From Desulfobaccales bacterium (lineage in GTDB: Bacteria; Desulfobacterota; Desulfobaccia; Desulfobaccales; 0-14-0-80-60-11): a stretch of DNA of 64,000 bases. The stretch is taken from contig JBAUPV010000030.1 of NCBI GenBank assembly GCA_049580385.1, positions 926,190-990,189 on the forward strand, given 5' to 3'. Positions 58,276 to 64,000 of the stretch are shown piece after piece. The notes under the pieces were generated by a model. It was not told where the DNA came from and made no database searches. It saw only the letters and a list, made by a program, of their open reading frames with translations. Each line of letters starts with the position of its first letter. Within the stretch, counting starts at the first letter, position 1. Made by a program: the position numbers and the translations under genes.

Positions 58276-58662
58276 ATTCTTTAAAGAAGGCCGGGGCGCC
58301 GGCCCTTGCTGCCCGGCACACCTCCGGCCCAACTGCTAATGTTCCCGATTTTTGACGCCGCTCTAAGCAGGCGGGAGATGCGTCTCTCTCACGCCTTAAT
58401 AATTAATTATAAAGGAAAATTCGTTCTAAGGCAATGAGCTCAGAAGGATTGTTTACTCCATTTAAGTTTCGCACCCCTAAGGAGGGACGGCTATGATACT
58501 GGACTTGGCATAGGCCTCTGGCCTGTGGGAAAACCTGTGGCCGACTATTTCTTCCACAGGCGAGACGCCTATGCTACCGATTATCTCTTGGGGACCAGAG
58601 AAAGGTTGGAAGGATTACTTAATCCACCCACAAGAATCGCTGCCAGGTCGGTCAGGCCAGGG

Positions 58663-59529
58663 TCAGGACTCCGCCAGGCGGCGGATGATTTCCGAGATGG
58701 TGCGGGTGGCCAGGTGGGAGAGAGAGCCGCCCCCCAGGACCACCTGCAGGGGAACCTGCGCCTCCTCGGCCGCCTTGATCATCAGGTCGCAGATGGCGAA
58801 GTAGGCGTCTTCGGTAAGACCCAGGGAGCCGTAATCTTCCAGGTGGGTGTCGAAACCGTAATACCAGATGAGCAGATCGGGCCGGAAAGGACTAATTAGC
58901 GCCACCTGTTCCCGGACCAGGTCGAGGTAGCGCTCGTTAGGGTCCTCCTCCCGCAAGAGAGGCTGGACATTTACGTCCACCTTGGTGCCATCCGGGGAAT
59001 GGTAATTGAGACCGCAGAAGCAGATGTGCAGCACCTCCGGGTCCTCCCCGAGCAACTGGCGGGTGCCGTCGGCATGGTGGGCGTCGGTGTCCACGATGGC
59101 GAAGCGCCGGAAGCTGTTGAGCTGCCGGACGTGGGTCAGGGCGATGACCACGTCGTTGAAACAGCAGGCGCCCCAGAACTGGCGGTAGCCGGCGTGGTGG
59201 CCGCCGGCCCCGATGAAACAAAAGGCCCGCTGCAGCTCTCCCCGGGCCAGGGCCTCCATCCCCGCCACCACCGAACCCACCGATTCGTAAGCCGTGGCGC
59301 AAAAGCTGTCTGCCGCCACCAGGCCCAGGATTTCCGGGGCGTGCACCTTGAGGATCAGGTCCTCGGAGGCGCGGGGGGCCTCATACATCCTGACGTTGGC
59401 CTTTTTCAGCAAGGGGTCCAGGGCTTCGGGAAAGTCCCGCAGCCGGTTGCCGATGGTCAGATAGCTCTTGCGGCTGAAAGAGGGATGGTAGAAGACGCCG
59501 ACTTCCTTCATCTCGGGAAAGTCCCCCAT
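58663..59529 (-). CDS. histone-deacetylase-family (arginase-fold) amidohydrolase
   Basis: 288 aa. Motifs FIGAGGHHAGYRQFWGACCFND, VDTDAHHADGT and YGFDTH. ATG 59529 shares a base with the upstream gene's TGA. Confidence 0.85.
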   Translation of the reverse strand: MGDFPEMKEVGVFYHPSFSRKSYLTIGNRLRDFPEALDPLLKKANVRMYEAPRASEDLILKVHAPEILGLVAADSFCATAYESVGSVVAGMEALARGELQRAFCFIGAGGHHAGYRQFWGACCFNDVVIALTHVRQLNSFRRFAIVDTDAHHADGTRQLLGEDPEVLHICFCGLNYHSPDGTKVDVNVQPLLREEDPNERYLDLVREQVALISPFRPDLLIWYYGFDTHLEDYGSLGLTEDAYFAICDLMIKAAEEAQVPLQVVLGGGSLSHLATRTISEIIRRLAES

Positions 59530-60449
59530 CAGGAGCTGCCGAACTTATCTCCAGGGTGCGGCTGTTTGGCGGCAATAAATTCGGGCGCCTTCACCTTTCC
59601 CAGTTCCTTGGTGCGGAAACGGCCGACCACAATGACGCCGCCGGCCACCGCCAGCTTCAGGCCCCGCTCGCCCACCTCCAGAATCTCCCCGGCTGCGGCC
59701 TTATGGGATTCTTCCAAAAAGGCGGCGTTGTAGAGTTTGACCTGTTCGCCCCGGAAGGTGGTGGTGGCCCCGGGCTGGGGGTCGCAGCCCCGGATGAAAT
59801 TGAAGACCGCGCAACCCGGCTGGCTCCAGTCGAGTCCGGCCACCCGTTCATCGCAGGGAGGCTCGTAGGTGCTTTGGGAATGGTCCTGGGGAATCCGGGG
59901 GGCCTGGCCCCGGGCGATTAACTGCACTGCTTCCAGGAGGGCCGCCACCCCCAGGGGATAAAGCTTGTTGAAATAGACCTCTCCGGTGGTCTCGGCAGGA
60001 CCGATCTCCACGGTTTTCTGCAGGAGGATATCGCCGGTGTCGATCCCGCGGTGCACCCAAAAGATGGTGAGCCCGCTGTGGGTATCGCCTTCGATCACCG
60101 CCCAGTTGATGGCGCTGGAGCCCCGGTGGCGGGGCAGGAGGGAGGGGTGATAGCCGATGGAGCCCAACTTCGGGGCGTTGAAGACCTTCGGCGGGATGAT
60201 GTCGGTGACAAAGGCCAGCACCCCCAGGTCGGCCTTTAATGCGACCATGGCCTCGTAAGCCTCCGGGTCTCGCATATGGGCCGGCTGAAAGACCGGCGCC
60301 CCGGCGTCCTGGGCCGCCTCCTTTAGGGTGTCGGGTCTGCCGCCCCGATCCGGCGGGCAAAAGACCCCCGCCACTTCATGACCGTGCTCCAGCAGCCCTT
60401 TCAAGACGTCGGCGCCGAAAGCCGCCTGACCAACCAAGGCGATGCGCAT
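59529..60449 (-). CDS. formyltransferase-family protein, Fmt-like two-domain fold but closest in motifs to the N-terminal hydrolase domain of 10-formyl-THF dehydrogenase
   Basis: Start ATG 60449 after GGAGGG. Motifs MRIALVGQAAFG...GHEVAGVFCPPD, YHPSLLPRHRGSSAINWAVIEGD, FWVHRGIDTGDILLQK and ARGQAPRIPQ. Confidence 0.8.
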   Translation of the reverse strand: MRIALVGQAAFGADVLKGLLEHGHEVAGVFCPPDRGGRPDTLKEAAQDAGAPVFQPAHMRDPEAYEAMVALKADLGVLAFVTDIIPPKVFNAPKLGSIGYHPSLLPRHRGSSAINWAVIEGDTHSGLTIFWVHRGIDTGDILLQKTVEIGPAETTGEVYFNKLYPLGVAALLEAVQLIARGQAPRIPQDHSQSTYEPPCDERVAGLDWSQPGCAVFNFIRGCDPQPGATTTFRGEQVKLYNAAFLEESHKAAAGEILEVGERGLKLAVAGGVIVVGRFRTKELGKVKAPEFIAAKQPHPGDKFGSS

Positions 60450-60461
60450 GGCAGCCCTCCG

Positions 60462-60700
60462 CTGGCAAGAGTTCAAAGTTCAAGGTTCAAGGTTCAAAGT
60501 TCAAAGTTCAAGGTTCAAAGTCAAGAGGGGATGCCGGTATTTTCCCGCTTCCCAGCTCCTGCTTGGGAACGGAATTTCCTGGCCCCAGCTCCTGGCAAGA
60601 GTTCAAAGTTCAAGGTTCAAAGTTCAAAGTCAAGAGGGGATGCCGGTATTTTCCCGGTTCCCAGCTCCTGCTTGGGAACGGAATTTCCTGGCCCCAGCTC
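60462..60700. repeat. tandem duplication (130 bp + 109 bp), each unit = heptamer tract (GTTCAAR)n + unique spacer + imperfect hairpin
   Basis: Unit 1 is 60462-60591, with 7 GTTCAAR heptamers plus a terminal degenerate gtcaaga. Unit 2 is 60592-60700, with 4 plus gtcaaga. Outside the heptamer tracts the units are nearly identical (gaggggatgccggtattttcccg[c/g]ttcccagctcctgcttgggaacggaatttcctggccccagctc). Confidence 0.9.
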
Positions 60701-60848
60701 CGCTTAGGCAACATCCCGGGGAGGATGATAATTTAAAATTATGGCAGCAGTTCCTTCTTTATCCCCTCTCCTCCGATGGGGGAGAGGGTTGGGGTGAGGG
60801 GGAACCAATCGCTTGCCCCTTGCCATTAATAGAAAATCCCCGCTAAGA

Positions 60849-61040
60849 TCAATGATGATGGTCGCCGCGTCTCTTTTTCGGTTCCAGGGTGGAGGCCCAG
60901 AAGATGAGGCCGCAGGCGGCCAGGATGGCGCCCACGCTCACTGGGGCGCTGCCGCCGAAGATGGCGGCAGCCAGACAGGCGAAGACCAGAAGAACCAGCA
61001 GGGCCTGTTTTTTGCGATAACCCTGATTGTTTTCCTCCAT
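60849..61040 (-). CDS. small two-TM membrane protein
   Basis: 63 aa. Strong RBS (AAGGAGG) 8 nt before the ATG. Hydrophobic core ALLVLLVFACLAAAIFGG...VGAILAACGLIFWA and a C-terminal HHH. Confidence 0.55.
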   Translation of the reverse strand: MEENNQGYRKKQALLVLLVFACLAAAIFGGSAPVSVGAILAACGLIFWASTLEPKKRRGDHHH

Positions 61041-61105
61041 ATCAAAAAACCTCCTTGGAGATGGGACGAATTATACGCCGGACGCCGGCAATTTCCAGAC
61101 CTATT

Positions 61106-62500
61106 TCAGCGCTGGCCTTCAACAAAGCTGATGGCCCGGGCGATCCGGCGCAGGGTCACCGGCTTTCCCAGGATAGCGATGATCTCATAGAGCCCGGGGC
61201 TGGCGGTGCGGCCGGTAAGAGCCAGCCGCACCGGCTGGGCCAAGTTGCCCATAGGGAGGCCGGTCTCCGCCACCAGGTCTTCAAAGAGCTGGTGCAAGGC
61301 GGGCTCGGAAAACTCCGGCAGCCCTTGCAGACGCCGGGCCACCCCTCGCAAAGCCGGCAGGTTCACCGGGTTCAAATACTTTTTCGCCCCTTTCTCTTCG
61401 TAAGCCGCGGGGTCCTCAAAATAGAAGCGGGCCGCCTCGGCCATCTCCACGAGGGTGCGGCAACGGGCCGCCAGGGTGGCAGCCGCCCGTGCCAGGTATT
61501 CCTCATCCGGGGATTCGATCCCCAGCCTGGCTAAAAAAGGAGCCAGTTCCAAGGCCAGTCGGGGAGGGCTCAGGGACATCAGGTGCTGGCTGTTGATCCA
61601 TTTGAGCTTTTCTTCATCGAACACTCCCGGCGAGGTGGTGGTGTGCTCGAGACTGAAGTATTGAATGAGTTCCTCCAGGGAGAAGATCTCCTGATCCCCG
61701 TGGGACCAGCCGAGGCGAGCCAGGTAGTTCGTCAGAGCCTGGGGCAGATAGCCTTGTTCCCGGTAGTCCAGGACTGATCTGGCGCCCCGGCGTTTGGAAA
61801 GCTTGCCCCGATCCGGGGCCAGCAACAGGGGCATGTGCGCAAAACGGGGATGGTCAGCCCCCAAGGCCTGATAGATGAGCATCTGCCGGGGGGTGTTGGG
61901 AATATGATCCTCACCCCGGATAACGTCGGTAACCCGCATGGTGATATCATCCACCACCACCGCGAAATTATAAGTGGGGATGCCGTCGCTCCTGAGGACC
62001 ACCAAATCATCGAGTTCCCGGTTGTCGAAGGCGATGGGGCCTTTGATCAGGTCGTCCCAGCGGGTGGCGCCGGCGTCGGGCCCCCGGAAGCGCACCACGC
62101 AGTGGGGCCCGGGGGTGAGATGGCGATCACGGCAGCGGCCGTCGTACTTGGGCTTGTCGCCCCGGGCCAGGGCCGCCTCCCGGCGCGCCTTCAGGTCTTC
62201 CGGGGAGCAATCGCAGTAATAGGCTGCCCCCCGGGCCAGCAGTCGATCGATATATTCCCGATAGATGGACAGGCGCTGCGACTGGCGAAAGGGGCCTTCA
62301 TCCCAATTGAGCCCCAGCCACGTCAGGGACTCCAGGATTTGCAGAAAGAATTCCTCTTGGGAACGCTCCTTATCGGTGTCCTCGATGCGCAGGATAAAGG
62401 CGCCGCCGCAATGGCGGGCGATAAGCCAGTTGAACAAGGCGGTATGGGCTCCGCCCAGGTGCAGGGAACCGGTGGGGCTGGGAGAGAAACGAGTCCGCAT
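61106..62500 (-). CDS. gltX: glutamate--tRNA ligase
   Basis: Start ATG 62500 (MRTRFSPSPTGSLHLGGAHTALFNW = HIGH motif). KLSKR (KMSKS) motif present. Confidence 0.93.
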   Translation of the reverse strand: MRTRFSPSPTGSLHLGGAHTALFNWLIARHCGGAFILRIEDTDKERSQEEFFLQILESLTWLGLNWDEGPFRQSQRLSIYREYIDRLLARGAAYYCDCSPEDLKARREAALARGDKPKYDGRCRDRHLTPGPHCVVRFRGPDAGATRWDDLIKGPIAFDNRELDDLVVLRSDGIPTYNFAVVVDDITMRVTDVIRGEDHIPNTPRQMLIYQALGADHPRFAHMPLLLAPDRGKLSKRRGARSVLDYREQGYLPQALTNYLARLGWSHGDQEIFSLEELIQYFSLEHTTTSPGVFDEEKLKWINSQHLMSLSPPRLALELAPFLARLGIESPDEEYLARAAATLAARCRTLVEMAEAARFYFEDPAAYEEKGAKKYLNPVNLPALRGVARRLQGLPEFSEPALHQLFEDLVAETGLPMGNLAQPVRLALTGRTASPGLYEIIAILGKPVTLRRIARAISFVEGQR

Positions 62501-62697
62501 TTTTGGCGTCAGTGGCCGGTTAGAAGAGATAGGCAATATAGGCAGAACCCCTCGAGAGATACTGTTTTTTTATCATACCCTCCCCGGCGGGGCCAGGGGT
62601 TTTGCCGGTCGGGATGGTAACCATTAAAGGGAGCGGTGGCCGCAGGGCGGCGGGCCCAGCCCGACACAGGCTGGAAGCCTGTGCCGCTAAACCATGG

Positions 62698-64000
62698 CTA
62701 AGGATTATCCGCCTCGACAGGCAGTGCGAAAAAGAAGGTGGCGCCCTCATTCACCTTCCCTTCGGCCCATACCCGGCCCTCATGGCGTTGTAAAATCCGG
62801 TGGACGATGGCCAGCCCGACGCCGGTGCCTTCAAATTCGCCGATGGGGTGCAGCCGCTGAAAGACCCCAAATAGCTTGTCCCGGTAGCGCATATCAAAGC
62901 CGATACCGTTGTCTTTGACATAATAAATGGTTTCGCCGGCAAGGCGCTCGCCCCCCACTTCAATAACGGCTTTATCGGCGTGCCGGCTAAACTTGAAGGC
63001 GTTGGCCAGCAGATTCGCCAGGACCTGCCTCAGCAGGGAAAGGTCGCCGAAGGCCAGCGGCAGTTCCGTAATCTTCAGCTCCAGAGCGCGATCCGGCTCC
63101 GCCGACCGGAGTTCCTTGACGAGCTTGACGACCTCAGGCGCCAGGTCGATGCGGCTCTTCCGGACCTCTTGGCGTCCCAGGCGGGATAGGGCCAATAGGT
63201 CATCTATGAGGTGGGCCATGAAGGCGGTATTCCGGCGCACCACCTCCAGCAGCCGCAGGCCTTCGCTATCGAGTTGGCCGGCGTGCTCCAGCATCAGGAT
63301 GCGGGAGAAGCCATCGATGGCCCGGATGGGGGCCTTGAGGTCGTGGGACACGGAATAGGCAAAGGCCTCCATCTCCTTATTGGCCGCCAGTAGCTGGACG
63401 GTGCGTTCCTGGACCCGTTCCTCCAGTTCCCGGTTCAGCTTCCGCACTTCCTCCTCCGCCTGCTTGCGAGCCGTGATATCGATTTTCATTTGGAGGACCA
63501 GGTGGGAGCCGTCCACGTCGACAAAGGGATAATCATAGACATGATAATATTTGCCGTCCGGACCCTCCCATTCCCAAGCCACCGGGGTTTGCGTCTGAAA
63601 CACCCCGAGAGTCTGGCAGCCCTCGCAGGGAGCATCGAGGCCGAAGAAAAATTCATAGCCGTGCCGCGCTCCCGGCTCACCGTAGCGCCGGATGAATTCC
63701 TGGTTGACGTAGGAGAATTTACAAAGAGGGGAAACCAGCATCACTATGGCCGGTATCCGATCCAGAACTTGATAAAAACGCTGGCGCTCGCTTCTAACTC
63801 CTTCCTCGGCCTCCTGGCGCTGGATCACTTCTTCCCGCAATTGGGCCACGGCCTGCCGCAGTTCCTGGGTGCGCTCCTGGACCCGCTGCTCCAGTTCCTC
63901 ATTCAGACGGCTCAAGGCCTCCTCGGCCCGCTTGCGCTCGGTGATGTCCCGGGCGACGTGGACGCTGCCCATGACCTTCCCTTGATCGTCCAAAAGGGGA
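62698..64000 (-). CDS. PAS-domain sensor histidine kinase (5' end outside the window)
   Basis: The frame is open to the window edge. Repeated DIT(E/A)RK(R/Q)AEE linkers follow PAS-like units. H-box FAYSVSHDLKAPIR. HATPase_c motifs NLLANAFKF, DNGIGF and GTGVGLAIV. Confidence 0.88.
   Translation of the reverse strand, partial: PLLDDQGKVMGSVHVARDITERKRAEEALSRLNEELEQRVQERTQELRQAVAQLREEVIQRQEAEEGVRSERQRFYQVLDRIPAIVMLVSPLCKFSYVNQEFIRRYGEPGARHGYEFFFGLDAPCEGCQTLGVFQTQTPVAWEWEGPDGKYYHVYDYPFVDVDGSHLVLQMKIDITARKQAEEEVRKLNRELEERVQERTVQLLAANKEMEAFAYSVSHDLKAPIRAIDGFSRILMLEHAGQLDSEGLRLLEVVRRNTAFMAHLIDDLLALSRLGRQEVRKSRIDLAPEVVKLVKELRSAEPDRALELKITELPLAFGDLSLLRQVLANLLANAFKFSRHADKAVIEVGGERLAGETIYYVKDNGIGFDMRYRDKLFGVFQRLHPIGEFEGTGVGLAIVHRILQRHEGRVWAEGKVNEGATFFFALPVEADNP

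Noticed and set aside
60462-60700. Possible CRISPR array or other repeat-spacer structure
   Set aside because: There are only two units, directly abutting with no spacers. The internal heptamer microsatellite and the absence of nearby cas genes mark this as a tandem duplication.

Overview
This is 64 kb of a visibly GC-rich bacterial chromosome. All calls come from reading the sequence and the ORF track; no searches were run. About 60 protein genes, 2 tRNAs, several gene remnants and a rich set of short intergenic repeats can be supported. Two blocks are housekeeping. Block 1 (~22.8-36 kb): ribF, then rimP-nusA-infB-DUF503-rbfA-[orphan MNT]-truB-rpsO-pnp-M16 peptidase. Block 2 (~45.6-62.5 kb): DUF465-ilvB-ilvN-ilvC, psd-pssA, leuA-TIGR04076-leuC, prfA-prmC, an HDAC/formyltransferase pair and gltX. 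Positions 1-22.5 kb end at a tRNA-Leu(CAG) and look accessory and decaying. They hold a pentapeptide-repeat protein (missing from the ORF track because it runs off the window), a lower-GC block with a lipoprotein and a TrkA-N/RyR membrane protein, a single-pass TIR-domain membrane protein and a stand-alone RyR-domain protein. They also hold an MBL-type alkylsulfatase, a frameshifted secreted protein, an alpha-glucan phosphorylase fragment, a TolC-MFP-RND efflux system and a Tat-signal arylsulfatase. The best candidate for an undescribed system is the RyR / TIR-TM-sensor / NAD-binding+RyR gene trio (3478-7459). Secondary candidates are a tightly translationally coupled pyrR-hyp-yjbQ-hyp operon (37.2-41.5 kb), a J-domain/DUF3108x2/split membrane gene cluster (41.8-44.7 kb) and an ALDH1L1-N-like formyltransferase coupled to an HDAC-family hydrolase (58.7-60.4 kb). 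At the DNA level, the intergenic regions are built from a small vocabulary of GC-rich hairpin repeats plus tracts of degenerate heptanucleotide tandem repeats. Several of these tracts end at or within about 16 nt of a start codon. Candidate attenuator leaders precede ilvBNC and leuA. No integrase, transposase, CRISPR array or rRNA was seen. Taxonomy cannot be established from the sequence alone; gene content is compatible with a Desulfobacterota-like anaerobe, but that is only an impression.
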